Shown: positions 17,545 through 26,931 of the stretch, piece by piece
How positions within the stretch are numbered: position 1 is the first letter of the stretch
Layout: every line of letters begins with the position of its first letter
Assembly: GCA_964645485.1 (NCBI GenBank)
Contig: CAZXZO010000005.1
Location: 1,281 to 65,280 of the forward strand
Reading direction: 5' to 3'
DNA: 64,000 bases
Origin: an uncultured Candidatus Poseidoniales archaeon
Lineage (GTDB): Archaea > Thermoplasmatota > Poseidoniia > Poseidoniales > Thalassarchaeaceae
Program-made: the position numbers and the translations under genes
Notes under the pieces: model-generated
Seen by the model: the letters and a program-made list of their open reading frames with translations, nothing else
The model's database searches: none
Told to the model about the DNA's origin: nothing

Positions 17545-18591
17545 TTAGTGACGGAAACCAGACCATCTTCCCTCAGAAGGTGGTCTTTGCAACGCTAGGT
17601 AACACCATTTATCCTCAATTTGAAACCCACACAACCAGGTTTTGTGCACGCCATTAGCAAGCCTTGCTGCTAAACAGGCTTGGGCCCAATCGTGAGGGGC
17701 TAGCCATTCTGGTTGAAGTAACCAAGGCGCGTGTTCTTCTCCTATAGACAGTTCGTATAGTCTCCACCGGGTGCCATATTTGAACCCAGACCTAGGTAGC
17801 AATTTTCTTGCTAGAACATCTCTGAGTAATGAGATACTGCCATTTTCATCTGCTGCATCTTCTAATATTCTGACTTCATCTTCATCTAGCCACTTACCTT
17901 CGGGTAATGGTGTGCCAATTTGTTCTGGAAGTTCAACATCTTTGGACATAAAGGCGCCATCCCATCTGCCGCCAACTAAACTAGGTTCAGACTTGAGAAG
18001 ATTATCCAAATCAATTTCACCTAAAGCACCTGATGGGTTGGCTGGATTAACTCTGTAAGTGGTGACACCCATTTCTTCATCCACAATTAGAACTTCAGCA
18101 ATTCTTCCTAAGGCAGTAACTTCAGCAGCCCAACTGTAGAGACTGTTCCATTGAATTGGTTCAAAATCTCTAACCCAAACAACTTCAGCAGCCGCTAATC
18201 CAGTTTTGAGATTGGATGAGCGTGACCATCGTAGTGCCCAACTACCCTCTGAAACAATTGTTTTTGGGGATATTTTAGCCACATTATTTGCTAATACAAC
18301 CTGCTCACCAGGGACCCTCATTGCTTCCAATGCAGCGGTTTCATGCAATAATTCTGCAGATTCGACTAATTGTTCTTCTAGCCAGTTTTCCGTCATCTCA
18401 AGATGTCTATGTCGCATACAAAATAAGACTTCGCAAGATTGCAATAAGAGTTCATTTTTCGGAAGAGGAATTCCGATGCCTGACTTATCGAAAAGTCTCT
18501 GCGCAGCAGGTCCCGAAAGCACCCAACCATCTGGATTTTGCAGGCAAGGGCCGATGGTCCTCTTCTTCGCCGGCCCACTCTCCATATTCAC
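17545..18591 (-). CDS. endA: tRNA-intron endonuclease (alpha2-type length, fused structural and catalytic units)
   Basis: C-terminal RSGFKYGTRWRLY..EEHAPWLL..RLANGVHK retains the Tyr/His/Lys triad. The N-terminal half is a degenerate unit. Confidence 0.8.
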   Translation of the reverse strand: MNMESGPAKKRTIGPCLQNPDGWVLSGPAAQRLFDKSGIGIPLPKNELLLQSCEVLFCMRHRHLEMTENWLEEQLVESAELLHETAALEAMRVPGEQVVLANNVAKISPKTIVSEGSWALRWSRSSNLKTGLAAAEVVWVRDFEPIQWNSLYSWAAEVTALGRIAEVLIVDEEMGVTTYRVNPANPSGALGEIDLDNLLKSEPSLVGGRWDGAFMSKDVELPEQIGTPLPEGKWLDEDEVRILEDAADENGSISLLRDVLARKLLPRSGFKYGTRWRLYELSIGEEHAPWLLQPEWLAPHDWAQACLAARLANGVHKTWLCGFQIEDKWCYLALQRPPSEGRWSGFRH

Positions 18592-18676
18592 GCCTCGCGC
18601 CTTTCAGACTTGAGTTAATCGCCCTTTGTCTCCGTCACATTTGATAGGTTAGTCCTATTCAGAGGGGTTGAGTGGT

Positions 18677-19456
18677 ATGAGTAGCAAAGGCAAACTCAGT
18701 GATTTCACTGTTGAGCAAAGAGTGCTAATTCACCTCTTTGAGCACCCAAAGAAGAGATCACAATGGGAAGGCAAGCAGGAACAAACACAAGCTGGGATTA
18801 GTGGGGCTGTTGGAATTGCGAGAAAACACCTTCCTAGAACGCTAAAATCCTTGATTGCACAAGATTTAGTTGAAGTTGAAACGCGTCATGTCGAAGGGTC
18901 AAAACAACGCTGTAGAGTTTACTTTTTGACACCAATTGGCATTTCTGCTTCTGAATCAATGAGGACAGGGTTAGCCTCGAGGGAGATTTCAACGGAAGAA
19001 GGTCAAACCACATTGGGTGAATTTGCAGGCCATGAAATTCCATATCTTCACGTGTTAAGCCACCTAAATTCGGAAAATCATTACGACCAATCAATGTATG
19101 AACAAGAAATTGAAGAGGACGCACCATCAGTTGACTTGTATAGAAAAGTCCTTCACCGTGCTTGGAGGGATGGGCAGTTGACTGCTGATGAAAGAGGCAT
19201 GTTAGATGATATTTCTCTACATCTCGGTCTTGAACCTGATAGCGTCGAAAGAATAGAATCTGAAGTCTCCTCACAACGTATTGAATCCACAGAAAAACAA
19301 ACAGACACTTATCTTGAAGTATTAGAAGTTGCTTGGCAAGATGGGTTTATTTCTGATGATGAACAAGCGATGTTAGATTCCCTCGCCCGCTCTCTTGGAC
19401 TTGACCCCGAGTATATCGCAAAAGTGCAATTAGAGTGGATTATTCTTCATTCTTAG
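18677..19456 (+). CDS. Winged-helix DNA-binding protein with two TerB-like repeats
   Basis: N-terminal wHTH (TQAGISGAVGIARKHLPRTLKSL..LV..RVYFLTPIG). Duplicated AW.DG..T/S.DE..ML..L...LGL repeats follow. Confidence 0.7.
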   Translation: MSSKGKLSDFTVEQRVLIHLFEHPKKRSQWEGKQEQTQAGISGAVGIARKHLPRTLKSLIAQDLVEVETRHVEGSKQRCRVYFLTPIGISASESMRTGLASREISTEEGQTTLGEFAGHEIPYLHVLSHLNSENHYDQSMYEQEIEEDAPSVDLYRKVLHRAWRDGQLTADERGMLDDISLHLGLEPDSVERIESEVSSQRIESTEKQTDTYLEVLEVAWQDGFISDDEQAMLDSLARSLGLDPEYIAKVQLEWIILHS

Positions 19457-19465
19457 ATAGGTGGG

Positions 19466-20566
19466 TTGATTTGGCTTCGGCCTTTCGCAGACCTGAAAGG
19501 GGTTGGCGGGGTGCTTGACGAAGTAGTGCAAAATGAGATTGACTTGTTGCGGTCGCTGCATGAGATGGTTGTCACCCCTGAAGCAAAACCAGTACTTTTG
19601 ATGGGTGATGTGATTCTTGACCGCTACTTTCACGGTTGGGCAAATCACCTCAATTCATTTGCGCCAGTTCCAGTTGTAAAAGTGATTAACAAAACAGAGA
19701 GTGCAGGGGCTGCCGCCCACATTGCTAGAGGATTAGTTAACTTAGGAATGAATGTCAGATTTTTCTGTATTCTTGGAGGTGATGAAAATGGTCAAATCAT
19801 CGCTCAGCAATTGCATGAAGAAAAGGTCGATACCTCAGACATTAGGATCGCTGCCCATCTTCAAACAGTTTCCAAAACTAGAATTTATGGTTCTCGTGAA
19901 AGTTTGATTGATCGAAATCAATTAATTTTACAGTTTGACGAAGAATCTAGTGAAGAATACCCTGAAGGTGTTATTGACAAATTAACCAAGGCTGCTTGTT
20001 CTGCTCTGCCCGGTTCTTGTGCAGTTGTTCTCAGTGATTATGGAAAAGGAGTCGTTAGTGATGCTGGAGCCGCTGAAGTCATCGCTGCTGCTAAGGCGGC
20101 AGAAGTACCTGTAATTTGTGACCCGAAACTGACAGGGTTACACAGGACTGTGGGCGCTACTGTGGCTTTATTCGAAATCCGAGGATTGGAATTACTAAGG
20201 AGAAGGAGTAATCTTCCAGATGCTGAATCAACTGCTGCCCACTTCATCAAAGAACATGATTGGCAGGGGATGCTAGTCTTGGGTGGAGAAGATGGCACTA
20301 CCTTGTATCAAAAAGATGAGGCTCCTCTATTTTTGCCATGTTTAATCGAAGTTCCACAACAACTCATAGGATTGCATGATGCAGCGGCAACAGCACTTGC
20401 TTGTGCCTTGGGTGCAGGCCGAAGTCTTGCTGAGGGTGCACGATTAGCAAATGCTGCGTGTGAATGTGTACTTGCTGCAGAAACTAGTCGAGTGGTTCTT
20501 AACCGCAAAAAATTGATGACTAGGCTAGACGAATTATCATGGCACTTCCAGATTTCAGACCGTTGA
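19466..20566 (+). CDS. PfkB-family carbohydrate kinase most similar to the HldE/RfaE kinase domain
   Basis: Motifs LMGDVILDRY..APVPVV, GAAAHIA, VVLSDYGKG and CDPK. The anion-hole GAGD is replaced by GLHD. Confidence 0.75.
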   Translation: MIWLRPFADLKGVGGVLDEVVQNEIDLLRSLHEMVVTPEAKPVLLMGDVILDRYFHGWANHLNSFAPVPVVKVINKTESAGAAAHIARGLVNLGMNVRFFCILGGDENGQIIAQQLHEEKVDTSDIRIAAHLQTVSKTRIYGSRESLIDRNQLILQFDEESSEEYPEGVIDKLTKAACSALPGSCAVVLSDYGKGVVSDAGAAEVIAAAKAAEVPVICDPKLTGLHRTVGATVALFEIRGLELLRRRSNLPDAESTAAHFIKEHDWQGMLVLGGEDGTTLYQKDEAPLFLPCLIEVPQQLIGLHDAAATALACALGAGRSLAEGARLANAACECVLAAETSRVVLNRKKLMTRLDELSWHFQISDR

Positions 20567-20638
20567 GATGATGTAGATGATTCCCTCAACTATGAGGTTC
20601 CAGCAAGCAACAAAAATACATTTTCAGGAGATAATGGA

Positions 20639-21112
20639 ATGAGTTGGTGGATTTTACCGACTACTGCGGATGTGGGTATCCGTGCCTTCGGTGCTACAAA
20701 AGAATCGGTAATCCAAGAGGTCACTTTAGGTATGCAATCAATTCTTTTATCACAAAAAGGTGAACAAGATTTGTCAGGGCTTACAAGACACACAGGGGAA
20801 TGGAGTGTTGACCTTGCCAATAGTTTGGATAATACTATGGTGGCATGGCTTGAAGAAGTTCTTTATCAAGGTGAAGTTGAGTGTCGATGGTTAGTTGATT
20901 TACAAATACAATTAACCAATGAATCCCTTAATGCCCAAGTTTCATTTGTTGATGGAGATGAGGTTGAAAGAGAGGTTGAAATCAAAGCAGTTACTCGTCA
21001 TGAACTCTTACTGAATGAAGTTCCATCAGGTATTGAATTCCCGGGTGTTGCTCCTGATATACCTACATTTGAAGGCCCAGGCTGGGTTTCCCAAGTTATC
21101 TTCGATATATGA
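20639..21112 (+). CDS. Archease (RtcB ligase cofactor)
   Basis: N-terminal TADVGIRAFG, WLEEVLY, EIKAVTRH and C-terminal IFDI. Confidence 0.9.
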   Translation: MSWWILPTTADVGIRAFGATKESVIQEVTLGMQSILLSQKGEQDLSGLTRHTGEWSVDLANSLDNTMVAWLEEVLYQGEVECRWLVDLQIQLTNESLNAQVSFVDGDEVEREVEIKAVTRHELLLNEVPSGIEFPGVAPDIPTFEGPGWVSQVIFDI

Positions 21113-21122
21113 AAATAAAAAG

Positions 21123-21445
21123 TGGGCGCGCCCGGGGTGGACGCTCGTTACCGCTTTCGAAATTGCCTCCGTCTTCTCAACCCCGGTACCCCAAGGCACC
21201 CAAGGTTCCGGGTTGGGCTGCTCCATTCCTGGCCTCACCTGATTCCCCGGCTAGCGGTGTTAGCAGATTCCCTCCGGAATCCGTTCTTCCAACCTGAGTC
21301 ACTTGGGGGCGAGGTCTCATCGTCCACGGTAGCTACGTCCACGGTTCGTCTGCGCCGCCCCCGGGCTTCGGATCACCAGTTGCGATTTGTGAAAGAGGGA
21401 ACGCCAACTCCCCTCCTAGCCCAGTCCACCGGCGTTGGTTAGCCC
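21123..21445 (-). ncRNA. ffs: Archaeal signal recognition particle (7S) RNA
   Basis: GC-rich ~320-nt island. On the minus strand it contains the helix-8 signature AGG-CCA-GGAA-UGG-AGCAG, an Alu-like 5' part (GGGCUAGGAGGGGAGUUGGCGUUCCCC) and 5'/3' pairing (GGUGGAC with GUCCACC). A T-rich tract follows. Ends are approximate. Confidence 0.9.
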
Positions 21446-21473
21446 ATTTGAACCTCACGCTAAGTGTGAGAGG

Positions 21474-21872
21474 TTAGTCACTCTGAGTTGACTCGGCTTC
21501 ATACTTAGATGGACAACCAGTGATTATCTCATCAGCACTTAGAGTCCACTCACCTGCTTGATTATTTAGAATGCCCTTGATTGCCACAACTCTACCTTCT
21601 TCAAAAGCAGGTGGGATTGCAGCCCCTCCTGCATCAATGGTTAAATTATGGGAGTTTCCAGTAATAAGGAAAGTCCGGTTTACAGAATCAAAAGAACCGA
21701 TTGCTACTGTGCCCCGCAAATGCAAATCGTCATCGTCAAATTGAGAAGGTGAATCCATGACTTCATCCACACTGTACTGAATAGCAGGTTCATTCCCTAC
21801 CATCACTAAGGCTAGAGAAACAACAACAAAAACCCCGATGATTGCCAAACGGGCTCTTCTGCTGAGGGCCAT
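21474..21872 (-). CDS. ccmE: Cytochrome c maturation heme chaperone CcmE, CxxxY variant
   Basis: N-terminal TM helix, OB-fold pattern (LHLRGTV..F.IT..PPAFEEGRVVAIKG..ADEIIT) and terminal CPSKY. Start placed at ATG 21872. Confidence 0.85.
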   Translation of the reverse strand: MALSRRARLAIIGVFVVVSLALVMVGNEPAIQYSVDEVMDSPSQFDDDDLHLRGTVAIGSFDSVNRTFLITGNSHNLTIDAGGAAIPPAFEEGRVVAIKGILNNQAGEWTLSADEIITGCPSKYEAESTQSD

Positions 21873-21913
21873 ATTTAACTCCGTGAGCCCATACTCAATA
21901 AATCTGACCACTA

Positions 21914-22894
21914 TCAATGATGGTGCCCGAAGTCACTTTGCTCTAGTAGCCAACCACCTTCCATCACTGGACCCTGACGACAAGTCAAACGGTCGCCAAC
22001 CATGCACAATCCACAAACTGCAATTGCACAAGGGAGGTATCTTTCCATGGCAGCATAACATTCGATGCCTGCTCTTACAGCCATCTCTAGGACTGGTTTC
22101 ATCATTGGTTCAGGTCCACACGTTAGTAAGATGCAATTCTCACTGTCTACCCCTTTGAGTAGTTCTTCAAGTGGTTGTGTTGGATAACCATGAATTCCCT
22201 GAGTTCCATCGTCAGTAGTAATGGTGAGGGTGTCCAAGAGCCCTTCCATACGCTCGACGTAATGTGCTTCACTAGCATTTCTAAAACCCATGATTCCGTG
22301 AATGTTTACCCGGTCACCGAGTTTATTCCGAGCTTCCTTAGCCATCATGTGCATTGGGGTTGAGCCAATACCTCCTGAAACAAGGAGAAGGGTGCTACCT
22401 GAAGTTGGATTCGGGAAAGTTGTTCCAAATGGTCCTCTTAGGGCCAACCAATCCCCTTTAGCCATACGAGTTAACTCGCCACTCTGGCGACCCAAGTCTT
22501 TGATTGTGAATCCCATGAGTGTGTTCCCAACCCTTCCCTCATCGGCTGCGGTGGTTTCGTCAATTCCTGTTCGATCAATTTTGATATCTCCTACGCTGTA
22601 GGGTTTTTCAGAATTGAAATTAGTTCTACTCATTCCCCCTTCTGCATCGTAAGGATTCCAACACATGAAGAATTGTCCTGCTTTGTAGGCAGTTGCTAAT
22701 TCTTCTGGAACTTGAAGCCACACTGTGACTACGCTTTCAGCCTCATGAACAATTTCCATGATTGGCAAAGGAATAGGTGCCAAAATTTTTCCTGATTTAC
22801 TGAATTCTGTTGCCATCCGTTCACAGCATTTGTCTGCTAACTTCTGTAAATCAAAGTCTGCACTCCGTGTACTTGGTGAGGTTGATAGCGTCAA
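21914..22894 (-). CDS. pyrK: Dihydroorotate dehydrogenase electron-transfer subunit
   Basis: Motifs KPYS, RGPFG, SGGIG, CGPEPM and the 2Fe-2S motif ERYLPCAIAVCGLC..C..GP. Adjacent to pyrD. Confidence 0.9.
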   Translation of the reverse strand: MTLSTSPSTRSADFDLQKLADKCCERMATEFSKSGKILAPIPLPIMEIVHEAESVVTVWLQVPEELATAYKAGQFFMCWNPYDAEGGMSRTNFNSEKPYSVGDIKIDRTGIDETTAADEGRVGNTLMGFTIKDLGRQSGELTRMAKGDWLALRGPFGTTFPNPTSGSTLLLVSGGIGSTPMHMMAKEARNKLGDRVNIHGIMGFRNASEAHYVERMEGLLDTLTITTDDGTQGIHGYPTQPLEELLKGVDSENCILLTCGPEPMMKPVLEMAVRAGIECYAAMERYLPCAIAVCGLCMVGDRLTCRQGPVMEGGWLLEQSDFGHHH

Positions 22895-23850
22895 TTCAAT
22901 CCCTCCATTGAGTCAAGTGCAATCCCCCTCATTTTTCCAAGATTATCATATCCTTGCACATCCATGAATTCATTCAACTCATTCTCTATCTGTGCGAATA
23001 TATCAGCATCCCCATAGATTAGCGCACTACCAATTTGTACTGCTGATGCTCCTAGCATTATGAACCTAGCAACATCGAGTCCAGTGGTTATTCCACCCAT
23101 TGCAATAATCGGTGCGGTAGGGATTTCACCCCGGCGCATTGCTAGAGCGACCTCAGCAACCTTTCTTTGAGCGATAGGGCGAATCGCAGGTCCAGACATT
23201 CCACAGAGGAGATTGCCGATTATTGGCCGGCCTGCATATGGGTCAACTTCCAGAGCGGACACCGTGTTGATGAGAGAAACACCGTCTGCACCCGCTTCCA
23301 AGGCCGCTCCTGCCTCTAAAGAGACTTGAGCGGTGTTCGGGGTCAGTTTGGCATAAACGGGGATTCCTACAGCCTGTTTTACCGCTGAAATATATTCTTT
23401 GATTAATTCAGGCTGTTGTCCAACGATTAAAGCACGACTTCCCGGTTTGGAGTGAGGGCAAGATAAATTCAGTTCCAACGCGGCTGCCCCAGCAGCCTCC
23501 ATTTTCATAGCAATCTCAGTAACCGTTTGTGAATCCGGGCCGAAAATAGAAACCAACAACGGTTTTGAAAAATAATTTTGTGACAACATTTCAGTAAACG
23601 AATCTACACCGGGATTAGGAAGTCCCATCGCGTTGAGAACAATCGAATCAGTTGCTTCCACACAAACTGGTCCAGGATAAATTTCTCTTGCAACAGGACC
23701 AATGCTCTTGGAGACCAATCCTCCACACTTACTTGCTGCTACTCGATGTAAGGCTGCAGCAGTGCCACCTTGGACACCACTTGCGAGCATCAGAGGGTTT
23801 GCTAAAGCCAATCCGGGCACTTCAACGCCGAGTTCTGCCATCCTGCTCAA
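22891..23850 (-). CDS. pyrD: Dihydroorotate dehydrogenase, family 1B catalytic subunit
   Basis: Motifs NPLMLASG, NAMGLPNPG, ELNLSCPH, KLTPN, INTV, GMSG..P.A, MGGI and VQIGSA. Confidence 0.95.
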   Translation of the reverse strand: MSRMAELGVEVPGLALANPLMLASGVQGGTAAALHRVAASKCGGLVSKSIGPVAREIYPGPVCVEATDSIVLNAMGLPNPGVDSFTEMLSQNYFSKPLLVSIFGPDSQTVTEIAMKMEAAGAAALELNLSCPHSKPGSRALIVGQQPELIKEYISAVKQAVGIPVYAKLTPNTAQVSLEAGAALEAGADGVSLINTVSALEVDPYAGRPIIGNLLCGMSGPAIRPIAQRKVAEVALAMRRGEIPTAPIIAMGGITTGLDVARFIMLGASAVQIGSALIYGDADIFAQIENELNEFMDVQGYDNLGKMRGIALDSMEGLN

Positions 23851-23901
23851 TACGGCGGCTTAGCCGGCACTCTTCAAGCGTTGCGACTCATCGGCGCGTT
23901 T

Positions 23902-24312
23902 ATGTCGGCTAGGGCGGGCTCACTTGGAGAAGCAGCTCGGCGGCTCCTAAAGTGTGAAAACGCGCGTTTAATTGTACCGATAGAGATAATCTCAGAAGCC
24001 CATAAAATGGCTCTGCAAATAAGTGATGAATTGCCAAGCCTAGTTCACGAACCCAAAGTTGAGTTAGGGGCAGAAGAAAATATCGTTCGGGCTCAGTCAC
24101 AAAATGGCTCACTTTTTGTTTTTGGTGGAGTTGAACAAACTCTTGACATTGTGTGGGTGCCAATTGGTAGAGATGAATTGGAAGATGTTTGGCGGAGATT
24201 TGCCCAAATTGTTTCAGACCTTTTGTCTGTTGGTTATCCGGGTTGTATTGATTGTGCCGGGCCAGCAGCAACCGAACCCTGGGATGAGGCTCTAAGCCGT
24301 TCGGGATTTTGA
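23902..24312 (+). CDS. Hypothetical protein with a C-terminal CxxC (GCIDC)
   Basis: Coding-like ORF filling the gap between pyrD and topA. No family recognised. Confidence 0.6.
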   Translation: MSARAGSLGEAARRLLKCENARLIVPIEIISEAHKMALQISDELPSLVHEPKVELGAEENIVRAQSQNGSLFVFGGVEQTLDIVWVPIGRDELEDVWRRFAQIVSDLLSVGYPGCIDCAGPAATEPWDEALSRSGF

Positions 24313-24561
24313 AGTCGGCAACAAAAGAGAAAAATTGTTACTCTGGCGGGGGGAACTATGTTCCCCTGACTACTCACATATCTTCCAGCATTCAACATTG
24401 TTTATCTAGGGTTGATAGAGCGGACAGAATTCGGATGCGGATAGAGTCGTTGACAATCACAATTAGTCATCGGCGATTTCTTCGCTCGCGAGCGCACGTA
24501 CGCGAAGCGACTTCAATAACTCGCAATATTGAAGGCGAAAAATGTGCCTGGAGGAGTATCC

Positions 24562-26865
24562 ATGAAAATGCTAATAGTTGAATCAAAAGCCAAAGCCAAG
24601 ACCATACAAAAATATCTCGGGAAGACCTACTTGGTTCGAGCCTGTAATGGGCACGTTCAAGATTTACCTACAGGGAAACACAAGGACGCTAGAAAAGCAA
24701 TGTGGGCCTCAAAAGAAGATAGCCTTCCACAACCGCCGTGGGATTTCACACAGCGGGCGAAAAAAACTGTTGATATGCTTCAAAAGGATGCTAGCAAAGC
24801 GAATGTTGATGAAATTTTACTAGCAACTGACCCAGATAGAGAAGGGGAATTCATTGCTTGGAGGCTGAGTGAATTACTAGGTGATATTGCACCTTGCCGC
24901 CGAATAATCTTCCATGAGATTACAATGCCGGCAATAGAAGAAGCAATTTCAGCAGCAGCTGAAATTGATATCAATTTAGTCGATGCTGCTAAGGTCCGAA
25001 GATTCATGGATAGATTAGTCGGATATCGGACCTCAAAATTTGCTCGTTCGTGGCGATTGAAATCAATGGGGCGGGTTCAGACACCGACCCTTGGATTCGT
25101 AGTTGACAAAGAGTTGGAACGGGAAGCATTCGTCCCAACTCCGTACTTCGCAGTAAAAGCAGATGCTCAAGGAATTAATTTCAATGCTAGATTCCATGAA
25201 TCTGGTGATGAGGATGCTTGGCGAGATCAAGATGGTAAATTCGATTCTAGCCGGACAAATGATGAAGCCCTAGGCAAATCTGCCTACGAGTCATTGGTCA
25301 AGGAAGATAATTTAGTAATCTCTACCAACAAACCCTCAACTTACACAAGAAGAGCCCAGCCACCTTTTACCACCGATGCACTTCTACAATCTGCAGGCAG
25401 TAGGTGGAGTAGTTGGACTCCAAAGAGAACAATGAGAGTAGCAAGCGAACTGTATAACGCAGGTCACATCACATACATCCGAACAGATTCAACGAGGACA
25501 AGTGGAACAGCACGAACAACAGTCAAAGAATTGATTGAGAAAAGATGGGGTAGTGACCACATCGGTTCAGGCGTATTGGGTAAGCAAGATGACAGCGCGC
25601 AAGACGCGCACGAAGCAATTCGCCCAACTAGGCCCGAAATACTTGCACCAGAAGACATTGGCAACGATGGATTACAACTCTACCAATTGATTTGGGCAAG
25701 ATTCACCGCTAGTCAAATGAATAATTCAGAATATCAACGCCGCTCTTTAGTTGCTGAAGTAAATGGGTTTTCCAAGACATTGACTGGAACCTACTCTTGG
25801 CGAACACATGCAGGTTGGGAAGCGGCGTTTGAAAACATCGCAACATCTCACCCAAAAACAACTGAGCCTGATTTCAATATTGAAGAAGGCGCATCCTTGA
25901 AAATTGACAAGAACGACGATAGCCCATCCTATATTGAGGATGAAACTAAACCACCCAGAAGATATCGCCAGCATAGTTTAGTTGCAGTGATGAAAGATCA
26001 AGGAATTGGCCGTCCATCAACATATGCAACTACAATTGCAAAATTATTGGAGCGGAAATATGTAGATGACGAAGGTGGTTCACTAGTTCCAACCGAGCAG
26101 GGACGTCTTTGTTGGTTAGAGGTTGCTCCGATGTATACCAGTCAAGATGATGAATCTCAAGTTTCTTTCTTATTCTCTGCTGAATTTACCGCAGGAATGG
26201 AAGAAAGACTTGACGCGATTGAAGTTGGCAATAGAGGCGCACCATCTGTTTGGAACGGTTTCACACTTCATTTCAGAACACTTCATGCTACTGCACAAGA
26301 AATTAGAAGGTCAAAACCTACCCCTAATCAGATGAACAAATTCCGTCAATTAACCAGCAAGATGGCTCTGTCAGAAATCGCAGAACACCTCAACAATAGG
26401 GATGCTGAAAGCCTAACAGGCTCTGAAATGAGTGATGTAATCAAAGCACTTCTTGAGTTAGGTTCTCCTCCCGCTACTGAAAAACAAGCCAACTTCGTAA
26501 TCTCACTAGTTGATGATATTGAAGGGTTAGAACTTGATGAGGCTTTAGCAACTGAAGAATTGGAAGATATTGATGAAATGACAATGGAACAGGCGAGTGC
26601 ACTGATAACCACTTTGATTGACAAGAGGGATGAAATCCCGCGTCCAGCTAGCGATAAGCAACTCAAACTAATCAAGCAAAAAATTGAACAGTTAGAATCC
26701 ACAGAAGAAGACGTTTGCAAGTTAGTTGGAGTTAAGTCATTATCCGAGTTAACCGGTGGTCGCAAGGGTAATGCGAGCACCCTTATCACGGAACTTATCA
26801 ACAAAACCGGAGGGCCTCGCCGCGGCAGAGGAAGAAAACGAGGCGGTAAAGGAAAAAAGAAGTGA
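24562..26865 (+). CDS. topA: Type IA DNA topoisomerase with non-zinc helical C-terminal repeats
   Basis: TOPRIM IVESKAK and ATDPDREGE, GRVQTPTL, catalytic ITYIRTDS, QDAHEAIRPT and GIGRPST. RBS GAGGAG precedes ATG 24562. Confidence 0.95.
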   Translation: MKMLIVESKAKAKTIQKYLGKTYLVRACNGHVQDLPTGKHKDARKAMWASKEDSLPQPPWDFTQRAKKTVDMLQKDASKANVDEILLATDPDREGEFIAWRLSELLGDIAPCRRIIFHEITMPAIEEAISAAAEIDINLVDAAKVRRFMDRLVGYRTSKFARSWRLKSMGRVQTPTLGFVVDKELEREAFVPTPYFAVKADAQGINFNARFHESGDEDAWRDQDGKFDSSRTNDEALGKSAYESLVKEDNLVISTNKPSTYTRRAQPPFTTDALLQSAGSRWSSWTPKRTMRVASELYNAGHITYIRTDSTRTSGTARTTVKELIEKRWGSDHIGSGVLGKQDDSAQDAHEAIRPTRPEILAPEDIGNDGLQLYQLIWARFTASQMNNSEYQRRSLVAEVNGFSKTLTGTYSWRTHAGWEAAFENIATSHPKTTEPDFNIEEGASLKIDKNDDSPSYIEDETKPPRRYRQHSLVAVMKDQGIGRPSTYATTIAKLLERKYVDDEGGSLVPTEQGRLCWLEVAPMYTSQDDESQVSFLFSAEFTAGMEERLDAIEVGNRGAPSVWNGFTLHFRTLHATAQEIRRSKPTPNQMNKFRQLTSKMALSEIAEHLNNRDAESLTGSEMSDVIKALLELGSPPATEKQANFVISLVDDIEGLELDEALATEELEDIDEMTMEQASALITTLIDKRDEIPRPASDKQLKLIKQKIEQLESTEEDVCKLVGVKSLSELTGGRKGNASTLITELINKTGGPRRGRGRKRGGKGKKK

Positions 26866-26931
26866 CCCTTTACAAAAATTGAAAAATCCGAGTGGCAAAC
26901 TACGATAGAGGCTACCACCCCGCGTAACTTG

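Noticed and set aside
17069-17566. Three short minus-strand ORFs across the array
   Set aside because: They are translations of the 35-bp repeat drifting through frames, with no RBS or family signal.
21109-21442. ORFs on the + strand, and RNase P RNA as the identity of the GC-rich island
   Set aside because: It lacks the RNase P P4 motifs (GAGGAAAGUCC and AAC...GGCUUA) but has the SRP helix-8 motif. The ORFs are shadows of the RNA gene.
24309-24581. 90-aa ORF or a tRNA in the gap before topA
   Set aside because: No RBS or family signal for the ORF, and no cloverleaf or T-loop (GTTCRA) pattern. Treated as a regulatory region.
24529-26865. Inteins in topA, polB2 or valS
   Set aside because: No large insertion with C/S...HN-[CST] junctions or LAGLIDADG motifs is visible, and lengths are ordinary.
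26346-26918. 190-aa minus-strand ORF, and similar 60-160 aa ORFs opposite well-supported genes throughout the window
   Set aside because: They overlap confidently assigned genes on the other strand or frame and show Ser/Ile-rich antisense composition.
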